Source of the DNA: an uncultured Peptostreptococcaceae bacterium
GTDB lineage: Bacteria > Bacillota > Clostridia > Peptostreptococcales > BM714
NCBI GenBank assembly: GCA_964512505.1
Contig: CAZEHH010000001.1
Location: forward strand, 51,391-115,390
DNA length: 64,000 bases
Direction: 5' to 3'
In this document: positions 37,594-47,610 of the stretch, one piece after another
Layout: each line of letters starts with the position of its first letter
Position numbering within the stretch: the first letter of the stretch is position 1
Notes under the pieces: model-generated
Seen by the model: the letters and a program-made list of their open reading frames with translations, nothing else
What the model was told of the DNA's origin: nothing
Database searches by the model: none
Made by a program: the position numbers and the translations under genes

Positions 37594-38739
37594 CTATTCC
37601 AAATAATCTTTAAGTTTTTTGCTTCTGCTTGGATGTTTCAATTTTCTCAATGCCTTTGCTTCAATCTGGCGAATTCGTTCTCTAGTGACATCAAATTTCT
37701 TTCCGACTTCCTCAAGTGTCCTTGCCCTTCCGTCTTCAAGTCCGAAACGCAATTTCAAAACCTTCTGTTCCCTCGGTGTCAATGTATCCAGTACTTCAAT
37801 CAATTGTTCCTTAAGCATCGAAAAGGCTGCCGCCTCTGCCGGTGCCGGTGCATCGATATCCGGGATGAAGTCCCCAAGATGGCTGTCCTCTTCTTCCCCT
37901 ATGGGGGTTTCAAGCGACACGGGTTCCTGTGCTATCTTCAATATTTCCCTTACTTTTTCGACCGGCATATCCATTTCTTCTGCAATCTCCTCCGGTTTCG
38001 GTTCCCTCCCGAGTTCCTGCAGCAATTGCCTCGACACACGGATCAATTTATTGATTGTTTCAACCATATGAACAGGTATCCTTATGGTTCTCGCCTGATC
38101 AGCAATGGCCCTCGTTATAGCCTGCCTGATCCACCAAGTCGCATAAGTGCTGAATTTATAGCCTTTTCGCCAATCGAATTTCTCGACTGCCTTTATAAGA
38201 CCCAGATTGCCTTCCTGTATAAGGTCCAAAAACAGCATTCCCCTACCGACATATCTCTTGGCTATGCTCACAACCAATCTCAAATTGGCTTCGCATAATT
38301 TTTTTCTGGCTTCTTCATTTCCGGCTTCCATTGCCTGGGCAAGCTCAATTTCTTCAGTAGCAGTCAAAAGCGGCACTTTGCCTATTTCTTTCAAGTACAT
38401 TCTCACTGGGTCATCTATGTTTACGCCCTTTGGCACTGCTATTTCTTTTTCTTTTGCTTCTTTTACCTCAGGTTCATTTTCATCAGCCAAACCGATGATA
38501 TCGTCTTTGTCACCAAGGATTTCAACTCCTGCAGAAGTTAAAGAGTCATAAATTTCTTCTATATCGTCTTTGTCCAAGTCGATTTCCTCAAAAGCTTCGG
38601 CAATCTCCGAATATGTCAGATTACCTTTCTTCTTTCCCTTTTGAACAAGCAACGATACATTTTCATCACTTTTTTTCTTTTCTTTTGGATTTTTAATTTG
38701 ACTCCCCTCCCTTCTTTTGCCCCGGCGGCAACAAATCAA
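37594..38739 (-). CDS. sigA: Primary RNA polymerase sigma factor (RpoD/SigA); stop is secure, start uncertain
   Basis: Near-identity to Firmicute SigA in regions 1.2-4.2 ([11 protein letters not shown]..., [42 protein letters not shown]). The frame has no ATG or GTG upstream of region 1.2. Candidate starts are TTG 38739, ATT 38697 (behind GGGAGGGGAG) and TTG 38652. Confidence 0.9.
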   Translation of the reverse strand: MICCRRGKRREGSQIKNPKEKKKSDENVSLLVQKGKKKGNLTYSEIAEAFEEIDLDKDDIEEIYDSLTSAGVEILGDKDDIIGLADENEPEVKEAKEKEIAVPKGVNIDDPVRMYLKEIGKVPLLTATEEIELAQAMEAGNEEARKKLCEANLRLVVSIAKRYVGRGMLFLDLIQEGNLGLIKAVEKFDWRKGYKFSTYATWWIRQAITRAIADQARTIRIPVHMVETINKLIRVSRQLLQELGREPKPEEIAEEMDMPVEKVREILKIAQEPVSLETPIGEEEDSHLGDFIPDIDAPAPAEAAAFSMLKEQLIEVLDTLTPREQKVLKLRFGLEDGRARTLEEVGKKFDVTRERIRQIEAKALRKLKHPSRSKKLKDYLE

Positions 38740-40534
38740 ACTCGTTCAATTCATCCATCCGGTTTCTTAAATTTCTATAACGATTCAGTTCGTTATATAG
38801 TTCTTTAATCTTAATCAAATCTCCTTCTTTTTCAAGCTTATTTTTGTCGAATCCTTTCAGTTCATTTTCTATCCTGTTCATCCGCATGGCAACAAGGCAT
38901 CCTAAAATAACTTCTCGCGGGTTTTTATCTGAAATTATGGCTGAAATATCCATTGATGAAATTTCGGTCAATTCTTCAATGCTATCAATATCAAGCGACT
39001 CCGCCATGTTGCTTTGAAAGGCATTATCCTTCTTCCCATATTCAAGTTTCAATGAATCAAATATCTTTTTATGGGCTTCCAATTCAAAATCGGATTCTTC
39101 AATGATTTTCTCCATGCTTTTGAAAATTTCTTTTCCTCTCATCAAAAGCCCTATAAGTATTCTTGCCGTTTCATGTTTTTTCCTTTTATCAACCTTGTAT
39201 ATGCGGTTTCCTGCGCTGCGCTTATATTTTTTGCCTGCTTGGCTGTTTTTAAAAGCTTTTTCAAGCAGATTTCCGATTTCAGGTTCCTCGTTGTTGATTT
39301 TCTTTAGATAGACTTCTCTTTGCAGCGGCTCCGATATGGTATCGAACAATTTTTTAAGCTCTTCCAAATATTCAATCCTTTCCTGCGGATTCGACCTTTC
39401 AAACCTGCCTCTCAATAATGCTATGCGGTAATCCAAAACAGGCAAAGCCTTATGCATTTTGTTTTTAAAGGCATCTATCCCATTTATTTTGACGTATTCA
39501 TCCGGATCCTTGGCTCCTTCCAGATGAATGACCTTTATTTTGCAATTCGTTTTTTCTAAAATCCCCATCGCCTTGATTGTTGCCTTTTCACCGGCGGAAT
39601 CGGAATCATAGGACAATATTATTTCCTTGCCGTAACGCTTGAGCAAATTCGCATGGTCTTCAGTCAAAGCCGTGCCCAGTGATGCGACAGTATTCCTGAT
39701 TCCCCTTGAATACAAAGCTATGACATCCATGTATCCTTCCACAATGACAATCTTTTTTTCTTCACCTGTGTACTTTTTAGCAAAATTCAACCCGAACAAC
39801 AGATTCCTTTTATTAAAAAGCTCGGTCTCTGGAGAATTCAGATATTTAGGCAGCCCGTCGTCCAGCACCCTTCCTCCAAAACCGACAACACGGCCCCTTA
39901 TGTCAAATATCGGGAACATTATTCTATTTCGGAATCTGTCATAGTAACCGGAACTTTTATCCCTCTTTATGATCAATCCGCATCGTTCCATATCTTCGAG
40001 TGAAAAACCTTTGATTTTATTAAGATGCCTTATGGCGCCATCCCAATTTTCGGTTGCAAAGCCCAAACCAAAAGTTTTTATTGTCTTGATGTTTATTTCC
40101 CTATTCTTAAGATAATCAAGAGCGGATACATTATTTTTGAGGTTGTTGTAGTAATAAATCGCGGCCTCCCTCGTCAGATCGTATAGAACAGACTTGTCCC
40201 TCACTATCTTTGTATTGTCGTATTTTTTCAGATAGTCCTCCAGCCTTATTCCGTTTTGTTCAGCCAGATACTCCAATGCATCTACAAAGTCCAGTTTTTC
40301 CATGTTCATTATGAATTCTATCACGTCTCCGGAAGCGCCGCATCCAAAACAATGATATCTTTGGCGGTCTTCCGAAACTATGAAAGACGGTGTCTTTTCA
40401 TTATGGAACGGACAAAGGCCCTTATGGTTTTTTCCGGTTTTTTTCAATTTCACATATTGTGAAATAACGGCCACGATATCCGACCTGTTAACCACCTCTT
40501 CTATTAAGGCGTCCGTATAGGATCTTTGCATCAT
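38693..40534 (-). CDS. dnaG: DNA primase
   Basis: 613 aa. Zinc finger [11 protein letters not shown]...CFGCG and [15 protein letters not shown]. Confidence 0.95.
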   Translation of the reverse strand: MMQRSYTDALIEEVVNRSDIVAVISQYVKLKKTGKNHKGLCPFHNEKTPSFIVSEDRQRYHCFGCGASGDVIEFIMNMEKLDFVDALEYLAEQNGIRLEDYLKKYDNTKIVRDKSVLYDLTREAAIYYYNNLKNNVSALDYLKNREINIKTIKTFGLGFATENWDGAIRHLNKIKGFSLEDMERCGLIIKRDKSSGYYDRFRNRIMFPIFDIRGRVVGFGGRVLDDGLPKYLNSPETELFNKRNLLFGLNFAKKYTGEEKKIVIVEGYMDVIALYSRGIRNTVASLGTALTEDHANLLKRYGKEIILSYDSDSAGEKATIKAMGILEKTNCKIKVIHLEGAKDPDEYVKINGIDAFKNKMHKALPVLDYRIALLRGRFERSNPQERIEYLEELKKLFDTISEPLQREVYLKKINNEEPEIGNLLEKAFKNSQAGKKYKRSAGNRIYKVDKRKKHETARILIGLLMRGKEIFKSMEKIIEESDFELEAHKKIFDSLKLEYGKKDNAFQSNMAESLDIDSIEELTEISSMDISAIISDKNPREVILGCLVAMRMNRIENELKGFDKNKLEKEGDLIKIKELYNELNRYRNLRNRMDELNEFDLLPPGQKKGGESN

Positions 40535-40624
40535 TATCCACCCCGCAAATTCGACGAATTAAACTATTTCTACAAATTTCTTTGTTTCCCTGCATAAAAT
40601 CAAATAGTCGTAATATTGAATTTT

Positions 40625-41623
40625 TTATACCCAATATTTCGGGATATATATGTCCTTGAATTTCTTTACCGCAAATCGATCCGACATGCCTGCAATATAA
40701 TCCTTTACGCCTTCGTCTTTCCCGCTCTTCCTTCTGATATTTTCAGGCAATTCTTCAGGATGAAGCGTAAAATAATCATATAGTTGTTCAATAATCTTTT
40801 GGGCCTTTCCCTCTTCCCCTTTTGCTTCCGGATTCAGATAAATATGTTCAAACATAAAGTCCCTCAGTTTATTCGTATGGAATTCAAACTGTTCACTCAT
40901 TTTTATGCAGTTCACGTTTATGCTGTTTTCAATCACATCCACAACCATCGCGTTTATACGCTCTCCGTGACTGTTGCCCAAGCATTCCAGGCACTCCTTG
41001 GGTATCTGCTTTATTTCAAGCATGCCAGCCCTTGTCGCGTCGTCAATGTCGTGGTTTATATAGGCGATTCTGTCGCTTAGGCGGACAATATTCCCCTCCA
41101 GCGTGCTGCATTCCTCATCTCCATTGTGATGCAGTATACCGTCTCTTACTTCATGCGTCAAATTCAATCCGAATCCTTCGTGCCTTCCGTCTTCAAGCAA
41201 ATCCACCACTCTAAGGCTTTGCTCGTTGTGAACGAACCCGCCAGGGTGGATTTTATTCAGTACGGTTTCTCCGCAATGCCCGAAAGGCGTATGTCCCAGG
41301 TCGTGAGCAAGAGCTATGGCCTCTGTAAGGTCTTCATTAAGCTTTAATGCCCTCGCAATCGTCCTTGAGATTTGCGCCACTTCCAATGTATGCGTCAAAC
41401 GGGTCCTGTAGTGGTCGCCTTCCGGAGAAAGAAAAACCTGTGTTTTATGTTTGAGCCTTCTAAAGGATTTTGAGTGTATGACTCTGTCTCTGTCTCTCTG
41501 GAATGATGTCCTTATGCTGCATGAAGGCTCTTTTTTTCTTCTTCCGAGTGTTTGAGATGAAAAACATGCTTTTTTTGAAAGCCATTCATTTTCAGTTTTT
41601 TCATATTGAAGTCTGAAATCCAT
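40625..41623 (-). CDS. dgt: dGTPase-like HD-domain triphosphohydrolase
   Basis: RTRLTHTLEVAQISR and AHDLGHTPFGH. The start is placed at ATG 41623 (MDFRLQYEK), behind ACGGAGGT. The track start at 41722 adds 33 unsupported residues that cover a terminator. Confidence 0.85.
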   Translation of the reverse strand: MDFRLQYEKTENEWLSKKACFSSQTLGRRKKEPSCSIRTSFQRDRDRVIHSKSFRRLKHKTQVFLSPEGDHYRTRLTHTLEVAQISRTIARALKLNEDLTEAIALAHDLGHTPFGHCGETVLNKIHPGGFVHNEQSLRVVDLLEDGRHEGFGLNLTHEVRDGILHHNGDEECSTLEGNIVRLSDRIAYINHDIDDATRAGMLEIKQIPKECLECLGNSHGERINAMVVDVIENSINVNCIKMSEQFEFHTNKLRDFMFEHIYLNPEAKGEEGKAQKIIEQLYDYFTLHPEELPENIRRKSGKDEGVKDYIAGMSDRFAVKKFKDIYIPKYWV

Positions 41624-41677
41624 AACATGACCTCCGTTTCTTTTTATTCTATATACATTATACAACAATGAAACGGA

Positions 41678-41719
41678 AAACCCTTTAAAAAGAACATTTG
41701 CGTTCTCCTTAAAGGGTTT
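41678..41719 (-). terminator. Compound hairpin downstream of ppdK (probable terminator)
   Basis: 11-bp outer stem AAACCCUUUAA/UUAAAGGGUUU enclosing an inner stem AGAAC/GUUCU. The trailing tract UUUUCCGUUUC is only moderately U-rich. Confidence 0.5.
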
Positions 41720-41734
41720 CAAATCATTCTATCA

Positions 41735-44356
41735 TTATCTGTTCTTTATTGCTGCGTGTGCGGCTGACAGTCTTGCAACCGGTACTCTGAACGGAGAGCA
41801 AGAAACATAATCAAGCCCTATCCTGTGGCAAAATTCTATTGAATCCGGCTCACCGCCATGTTCTCCGCAAATCCCAAGTTTTATGCCCGGCCGTGTTTTC
41901 CTGCCCAGCTCTATTGCCATTGTCATAAGCTTTCCTATGCCCTTTTGGTCAAGTTTTGAGAACGGATCACTTTCAAAAATGTTCTTTTGAACATATTCAT
42001 TGATGAACTTTCCGGCATCGTCCCTGGAAAATCCAAAACCCATTTGGGTAAGGTCATTGGTTCCGAAAGAGAAAAATTCAGCGTGCTTCGCTATTTCATC
42101 AGCCGTAAGGGCCGCTCTGGGAACCTCTATCATTGTCCCCACCATATACTCCAAAGAATCTCCGGTTTCCTCAAGTATTGCATCTATTGTCCTTATGACA
42201 AGTTCGCGGTTGTATTTGATTTCGTTTTCATGCCCTACAAGAGGAATCATTATTTCCGGTTTTATTTCCAGACCCGTTTCGGCTTTAACTTTCAAGGCCG
42301 CCTTTGCTATCGCAGCAACCTGCATTTCGTAAATCTCGGGATATGTTATTGAGAGTCTGCAGCCTCTGTGGCCAAGCATGGGATTGACTTCTTTCAAGAG
42401 CCCCACTTTTTCTTTAAGACGTTCGAATTCAACCCCTATTTTAGCTGAAAGTTCCATGATTTCCGCTTCGTCCTTTGGAAGAAATTCATGCAGGGGCGGA
42501 TCAAGAAGTCTTATTGTCACAGGGCGTTCTTCCATGGCTTTGAAAATACCTTCAAAATCCTCCATTTGAAACGGCAGAAGATGGCCAAGAGCCTTTTTCC
42601 GTTCCAACAAGTCATCGGCTACAATCATCTGCCTCACATGATTAATCCTGTTTTCATCAAAGAACATATGCTCTGTTCTGCATAACCCTATGCCTTCAGC
42701 GCCAAATTCAACAGCTGCTTGGGCGTCTCTTGGAGTATCTGCGTTTGTCCTTATTTTAAGGCTTCTGACTTCATCGGCCAATTCCATTATTTTTGCAAAA
42801 CTTCCTGTAAGATGGGCTTCACTTGTCTTGATGACTCCCTTGAAAACCTCACCTGTGTTTCCGTTAAGGGAAATGTAATCCCCTTCTCTGAAAATCATGT
42901 CGCCTATCTTGAACATGAGATTCTTTTCGTCGACCTTTATGTCTCCGCATCCGGCTATGCAACACTTTCCCATGCCCCTTGCCACAACAGCCGCATGCGA
43001 CGTCATTCCGCCTCTGGATGTTAGTACTCCCTCGGCCGCAACCATTCCTTCAATATCCTCCGGAGATGTTTCCATTCTCACGAGTATTGCTTTGCCTCCA
43101 TTTGAGACTGCCTTGACTACGGATTCCGCATTGAAATAAACCATTCCCGAAGCAGCCCCGGGTGAAGCAGGCAGCCCTTTTGTAACCGGTTTGCTTTCTG
43201 CCAATTCCTTTTCGTCAAAGGTCGGGTGGAGAAGCTGGTCAATCTGTTCAGGTTTTACTCTAAGCAAGGCCTCTTCCTTGTCTATCAAGCCTTCATCAAC
43301 CATGTCGACTGCAATGTTGACTGCCGCAAAAGCCGTCCTCTTTCCTGTTCTGGTCTGAAGCAGGAAGAGTTTGCCTTTTTCTATTGTAAATTCAATATCC
43401 TGAGTGTCTTTATAATGCTTTTCAAGTTTGTCGGCGATATCCATGAATTCTTTATATGCTTCAGGCATTACATCATTAAGTTCGTCAATTGACTTTGGCG
43501 TCCTTATTCCTGCAACAACATCTTCCCCTTGAGCATTCATCAGGAATTCACCAAACACTTTGTTCTCTCCCGTTGCCGGATTCCTTGTAAATGCAACTCC
43601 TGTGCCTGAATCTTCACCCATGTTGCCGAAAACCATGGATTGCACATTCACCGCTGTTCCGTAATGGTCCGGAATTCCATTGATTTTTCTATATATTATC
43701 GCCCTTTGATTGTTCCACGAGTCAAAAACCGCCTCGACGGCTTTAAGCAATTGCTCCCTGGGCTCCTGTGAAAAATCTTCGCCTGTCTCTTTTTTGACTA
43801 TGGCCTTGTATTCCTTGATAATTTTCTTCAAATCTTCAACTGTCAGTTCTGTATCGTTTGAATACCCGCCCGTTTCTTTTATGTTTTCAAGCACAGCATC
43901 AAACTTGTATTTATGTATATTTAAGACAACATCGGAAAACATCTGTATGAATCTTCTGTAGCTGTCATATGCGAAGCGCTCATTTTCCGTCAAATTTGCC
44001 AAGCCTTCCACTGCTATGTCGTTCAGCCCAAGGTTAAGCACCGTATCCATCATACCCGGCATGGAAACGACAGCTCCCGAACGAACCGATACCAACAAAG
44101 GATTTGAATCGTCTCCGAACTTCTTGCCTGTCATTTCTTCAAGTTCCCCGATTTTATCGAAAATTTCTTTTCTCAACGTGTCTTTGAGTTTTTTGCCCTC
44201 CTCGTAATAATTGTTGCATGCTTGCGTGGTAATTGTAAAACCTTCAGGCACAGGCAGTCCAATATTTTTCATTTCGGCCAAATTTGCGCCTTTACCCCCC
44301 AAAAGGCTTTTCAGGTCCTTGTTGCCCTCACTGAAAAGATATACGAATTCACTCAT
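41735..44356 (-). CDS. ppdK: Pyruvate, phosphate dikinase
   Basis: 873 aa. Phosphohistidine loop GGMTSHAAVVARGMG and C-terminal FFSFGTNDLTQ and CGEHGG. Confidence 0.95.
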   Translation of the reverse strand: MSEFVYLFSEGNKDLKSLLGGKGANLAEMKNIGLPVPEGFTITTQACNNYYEEGKKLKDTLRKEIFDKIGELEEMTGKKFGDDSNPLLVSVRSGAVVSMPGMMDTVLNLGLNDIAVEGLANLTENERFAYDSYRRFIQMFSDVVLNIHKYKFDAVLENIKETGGYSNDTELTVEDLKKIIKEYKAIVKKETGEDFSQEPREQLLKAVEAVFDSWNNQRAIIYRKINGIPDHYGTAVNVQSMVFGNMGEDSGTGVAFTRNPATGENKVFGEFLMNAQGEDVVAGIRTPKSIDELNDVMPEAYKEFMDIADKLEKHYKDTQDIEFTIEKGKLFLLQTRTGKRTAFAAVNIAVDMVDEGLIDKEEALLRVKPEQIDQLLHPTFDEKELAESKPVTKGLPASPGAASGMVYFNAESVVKAVSNGGKAILVRMETSPEDIEGMVAAEGVLTSRGGMTSHAAVVARGMGKCCIAGCGDIKVDEKNLMFKIGDMIFREGDYISLNGNTGEVFKGVIKTSEAHLTGSFAKIMELADEVRSLKIRTNADTPRDAQAAVEFGAEGIGLCRTEHMFFDENRINHVRQMIVADDLLERKKALGHLLPFQMEDFEGIFKAMEERPVTIRLLDPPLHEFLPKDEAEIMELSAKIGVEFERLKEKVGLLKEVNPMLGHRGCRLSITYPEIYEMQVAAIAKAALKVKAETGLEIKPEIMIPLVGHENEIKYNRELVIRTIDAILEETGDSLEYMVGTMIEVPRAALTADEIAKHAEFFSFGTNDLTQMGFGFSRDDAGKFINEYVQKNIFESDPFSKLDQKGIGKLMTMAIELGRKTRPGIKLGICGEHGGEPDSIEFCHRIGLDYVSCSPFRVPVARLSAAHAAIKNR

Positions 44357-44371
44357 TCTAAAACCCTCCCT

Positions 44372-45187
44372 TTAATAGATATTGTTTTCTTTCATTATCT
44401 GTATAATCGTGTTTGCACTTTCTTCAATGGCTTTATTGGAAACATTGATAAAAGGGCATCCGATTTTTTTCATAAGTTTTTCTGCATATTCCAGTTCTTC
44501 CATTATTCTGTTCATGTCGGCATAAATGGCTCCATTGCTTAGTCCCATGCTTTTAAGCCTTTCAAGGCGTATTGCATTGAGCTTTTCAGGTTCGGTAATC
44601 AAACCGACAATCCTTTTTGCGGATATTTCGAACAATTCATCAGGAACCGGCACTTCCGGAACAAGCGGAATATTCGCCACCTTTATGTTTTTATGGGCCA
44701 AATACATGCTTAGAGGAGTCTTTGACGTCCTTGAAACACCAATGAGAACGATATCGGCTTTCTTTATCCCCCTAGGATCCTTGCCGTCGTCGTATTTTAC
44801 CGCAAACTCGACAGCCTCCACTTTTTTAAAATACTTGTCGTCAAGCCTTCTGATCGTACCCGGCTGGTTCAGCGGTTCAGATCCAATAGCCTTTTTGAAT
44901 GTTCCCAAAAGCGGACTGAGGATGTCATTGAAAATAACTCCGCGTGACTTGCATTCATCAACCATGATGTTTCTCAGTTCAGGCACGACGATTGTGAAAG
45001 CCACAACCGCATTTTGTTTTTCAGCTTCATCTATCACATTGAATATTTTATCCTCATTGTCTGTAAATGCGTATCTCTTCAAAACATAGTCGTTTCCCTT
45101 GAATTGTCCAAGAACCGCCCTGACAACTTGTTCAGCCGTTTCTCCAATAGAATCGGAAACAATGAAAATCACAATCTGATTATGCAT
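44372..45187 (-). CDS. Pyruvate, phosphate dikinase regulatory protein (DUF299 kinase/pyrophosphorylase; YqfL-like)
   Basis: IFIVSDSIGETA and GVSRTSKTPLSMYLA. The start is placed at ATG 45187, behind GGAGGG, overlapping the ccpN end by 8 nt. Confidence 0.85.
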   Translation of the reverse strand: MHNQIVIFIVSDSIGETAEQVVRAVLGQFKGNDYVLKRYAFTDNEDKIFNVIDEAEKQNAVVAFTIVVPELRNIMVDECKSRGVIFNDILSPLLGTFKKAIGSEPLNQPGTIRRLDDKYFKKVEAVEFAVKYDDGKDPRGIKKADIVLIGVSRTSKTPLSMYLAHKNIKVANIPLVPEVPVPDELFEISAKRIVGLITEPEKLNAIRLERLKSMGLSNGAIYADMNRIMEELEYAEKLMKKIGCPFINVSNKAIEESANTIIQIMKENNIY

Positions 45188-45842
45188 CTTCCAGCCCTCC
45201 AAATTCTTTTGTCCCCAATTCCACGAAAAATTTGGTTATGTTTGTTTTTGAAATTCTTCCAACTACTTTATACACTTCTGAATTGTCTATCAAAAGCCTC
45301 TCTACGACAGGCAAACTGTCTATTTCACAATTAATCAGTCTTTGAGCCGCTTCGTATATCGATTCATTCGAAAAAGCAATGATTAAATTCGGCATTCTTG
45401 TCATTATTACATTGATTGGGATTTTTCTGATGTCATTTCCACCGATTGCCGTCTTCAAGAAATCCTTTCTTGAAACAACCCCGCTCAGATATCCTTTTGA
45501 AGTAACATAAATAGTGCCTACGTCTTTCATGAACATGAAGACTATGGCATCATATACCGTTGTTTTCTCATCCACAACAACCGGCATTGATTTTAAATCA
45601 TTGACTTTGACGTTGCGTATGTGGTTGGCGATAACCTTGTCCTCCTGGTCTCCCACATAAAGATATCCAACCTTTGGTCTTGCGTCGAGTATTCCGGTCA
45701 TTATTAGTATTGACAGGTCAGGCCTTATCGTTGAACGGTTAACATTAAGAAGCTTGGATATTTTTTCACTCGTTACCGGCTGATGTTCTTTTACTATTTC
45801 AATAATTCTCTTTTGCCTATCGTTGTATTGGATTTCAATCAC
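45180..45842 (-). CDS. ccpN: CcpN-like transcriptional repressor (HTH + two CBS domains)
   Basis: 220 aa. It aligns by eye along its length with B. subtilis CcpN (...RQKRIIEIVKEH.P.T.E.I...LN..R.T.RPDL.IL.M.G.L.ARP.VGY.Y). The GTG start overlaps the SD-like AAGAGGTG, so the exact start is uncertain. Confidence 0.75.
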   Translation of the reverse strand: MIEIQYNDRQKRIIEIVKEHQPVTSEKISKLLNVNRSTIRPDLSILIMTGILDARPKVGYLYVGDQEDKVIANHIRNVKVNDLKSMPVVVDEKTTVYDAIVFMFMKDVGTIYVTSKGYLSGVVSRKDFLKTAIGGNDIRKIPINVIMTRMPNLIIAFSNESIYEAAQRLINCEIDSLPVVERLLIDNSEVYKVVGRISKTNITKFFVELGTKEFGGLEDA

Positions 45843-45874
45843 CTCTTTCGGCTTTATATGCTACACTATTTGTT

Positions 45875-45906
45875 ATTATAACAGAAATAACGTTGTAGTA
45901 TATCTA
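45875..45906 (-). promoter_or_regulatory. Candidate extended -10 promoter of the ccpN-PDRP-ppdK operon
   Basis: Minus-strand TGTTATAAT (45883-45875) with a weak -35 (ATATAC). Flanked by inverted ACTACA...TGTAG half-sites. Confidence 0.45.
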
Positions 45907-45913
45907 TTTTTCT

Positions 45914-45944
45914 AAAAAAAACAGGCCAAAAGGCCTGTTTTTTT
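45914..45944. terminator. Bidirectional intrinsic terminator directly after the glyQS stop
   Basis: A8-CAGGCC-AAAA-GGCCTG-T7. The hairpin abuts the TAA stop of glyQS. Confidence 0.85.
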
Positions 45945-47340
45945 AGAACATTGTCTTGTCGTCCAAAAATTGTTTCAATTCGTCAATCGACATCCTCGTC
46001 TGGACCATTGTATCCCTGTCCCTTACAGTCACCGAATTGTCTTCAATCGTATCAAAATCCACCGTTATGCAATAAGGCGTTCCGATTTCATCGTGCCTCC
46101 TGTATCTCTTTCCTATGCTTCCAGATACATCATAGTCTACATTGTGGTATTTTGAAAGTTCGCTGTATACCTTTTCCGCTTCTTCACTCAGTTTTTTTGA
46201 AAGCGGGAAGATTGCCGCCTTGAACGGAGACAGGAACGGATGCAGTTTCATTACAACACGCTCGCTTCCATCTTCCAATTGCTCCTCGTTGTATGCATCC
46301 AACAGGAACGCCAAAGCCACACGGTCGGCCCCCAAAGAAGGCTCTATGCAATATGGAATGTATTTTTCGTTTGTAACCGGATCCTGATATCTCATATCGA
46401 CACCCGAATGCTCTATATGCTGCTTGAGATCATAATCCGTCCTGTCGGCAATGCCCCAAAGCTCTCCCCATCCGAACGGGAACCTGTATTCAAAATCCGT
46501 AGTGGCATTGCTGTAATGAGACAGTTCTTCTTTCTCATGGTCCCTTAGCCTTATGTTTTCCATGTCCATTCCAAGCATCTTGAGCCAATTCTTGCAGTAT
46601 TCCTTCCAATAGTCAAACCATTTCAAATCTTCTCCGGGAGCACAGAAAAATTCAAGCTCCATCTGTTCAAATTCCCTTGTTCTGAACGTATAGTTTCCCG
46701 GGGTTATTTCGTTTCTGAAAGACTTGCCTATCTGGCCTATTCCAAACGGTATTTTTTTTCTTGAACTTCTTTGAATGCTTCTAAAATTCACAAAAATGCC
46801 TTGTGCTGTTTCAGGGCGGAGATATATTTCTGCCATCGAATCCTCAACAACTCCCTGGAATGTCTTGAACATCAGATTGAATTGGCGGATTTCCGTGAAA
46901 TCGCAGCTTCCGCATTCGGGACACTTTACACCCTCATCGCGTATAAAATCCTCCATTTTGCTTTTTCCCCATCCATCGACAATTTCAGGCTCTTTTCCAG
47001 TTTCTGCAATATGGTCCTCTATGAGCTTGTCCGCTCTGAATCTAGATCTGCAATTTTTGCAGTCCATGAGCGGGTCGTTGAACCCTCCAACATGTCCTGA
47101 AGCGACCCATGTCTGCGGATTCATAAGTATAGCCGCATCCACTCCCACATTGTAAGGCGACTCTTGAATGAATTTTTTCCACCAAGCTTTTTTAACATTG
47201 TTCTTGAATTCAACCCCCAACGGTCCATAATCCCATGTGTTGGCCAATCCGCCGTAAATCTCCGATCCCGGGAAAATAAATCCCCTTGACTTTGACAAAG
47301 CCACAAGTTTTTCCATTTTGCTTTTTTCGTTTTTAGCCAT
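45943..47340 (-). CDS. glyQS: Glycine--tRNA ligase (single-chain class II, GlyQS type)
   Basis: The start is placed at ATG 47340 ([31 protein letters not shown]), behind AAGGAGGAG. The track start at 47427 runs through the T-box terminator. Confidence 0.95.
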   Translation of the reverse strand: MAKNEKSKMEKLVALSKSRGFIFPGSEIYGGLANTWDYGPLGVEFKNNVKKAWWKKFIQESPYNVGVDAAILMNPQTWVASGHVGGFNDPLMDCKNCRSRFRADKLIEDHIAETGKEPEIVDGWGKSKMEDFIRDEGVKCPECGSCDFTEIRQFNLMFKTFQGVVEDSMAEIYLRPETAQGIFVNFRSIQRSSRKKIPFGIGQIGKSFRNEITPGNYTFRTREFEQMELEFFCAPGEDLKWFDYWKEYCKNWLKMLGMDMENIRLRDHEKEELSHYSNATTDFEYRFPFGWGELWGIADRTDYDLKQHIEHSGVDMRYQDPVTNEKYIPYCIEPSLGADRVALAFLLDAYNEEQLEDGSERVVMKLHPFLSPFKAAIFPLSKKLSEEAEKVYSELSKYHNVDYDVSGSIGKRYRRHDEIGTPYCITVDFDTIEDNSVTVRDRDTMVQTRMSIDELKQFLDDKTMF

Positions 47341-47344
47341 ATTC

Positions 47345-47558
47345 TCCTCCTTAAAAAATAAAAAACTCCCGTCCCTTGCTCTTGGCAAGGGACGAAAGTC
47401 ATTCCGCGGTTCCACCCTTTTTGGCATATTTTATGCCCACTTCTTTCAAAGTGCTCGAAAGCTCCATCCTTTAACTTCGAATACCGGTTCTCAGCGCCAC
47501 CGGCTCTCTTTGATTCTTTCATCAAGGACCTCTTCTTCATCGCACATGCTATTCATTT
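47345..47558 (-). promoter_or_regulatory. T-box riboswitch leader (glycine-specific) controlling glyQS
   Basis: On the minus strand:
- GCGATGAAGAAGAG at the stem I base.
- AGAGAG and GGTGGCGCTGAGAA distal motifs.
- GGA codons in AAGGAUGGAGC.
- T-box sequence AGGGTGGAACCGCG (47418-47405). Its UGGA bulge matches the U73 discriminator of tRNA-Gly.
- A 10-bp terminator CGTCCCTTGC/GCAAGGGACG (47370-47394) followed by GGAGUUUUUUAUUUUUU. Confidence 0.88.
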
Positions 47559-47564
47559 AGATGA

Positions 47565-47593
47565 ATCTTACCACAATGAAAAGATTTTGTAAA
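47565..47593 (-). promoter_or_regulatory. Candidate sigma-A promoter of the glyQS T-box leader (TTTACA-17 nt-TAAGAT)
   Basis: Minus strand: TTTACA at 47593-47588, an exact 17-nt spacer, and TAAGAT at 47570-47565, just upstream of stem I. Confidence 0.5.
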
Positions 47594-47610
47594 CATCTTT
47601 TCTGGAAACA

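Noticed and set aside
37471-38298. 275-aa plus-strand ORF antisense to sigA/trmK
   Set aside because: It is a shadow frame of the highly conserved sigA. It is Cys/Phe/Arg-rich nonsense with no SD.
47121-47560. 139-aa minus-strand and 80-aa plus-strand ORFs upstream of glyQS, plus the 29-codon 5' extension of glyQS
   Set aside because: They overlap the T-box leader, including its terminator. The glyQS ATG at 47340 has a perfect AAGGAGG SD.
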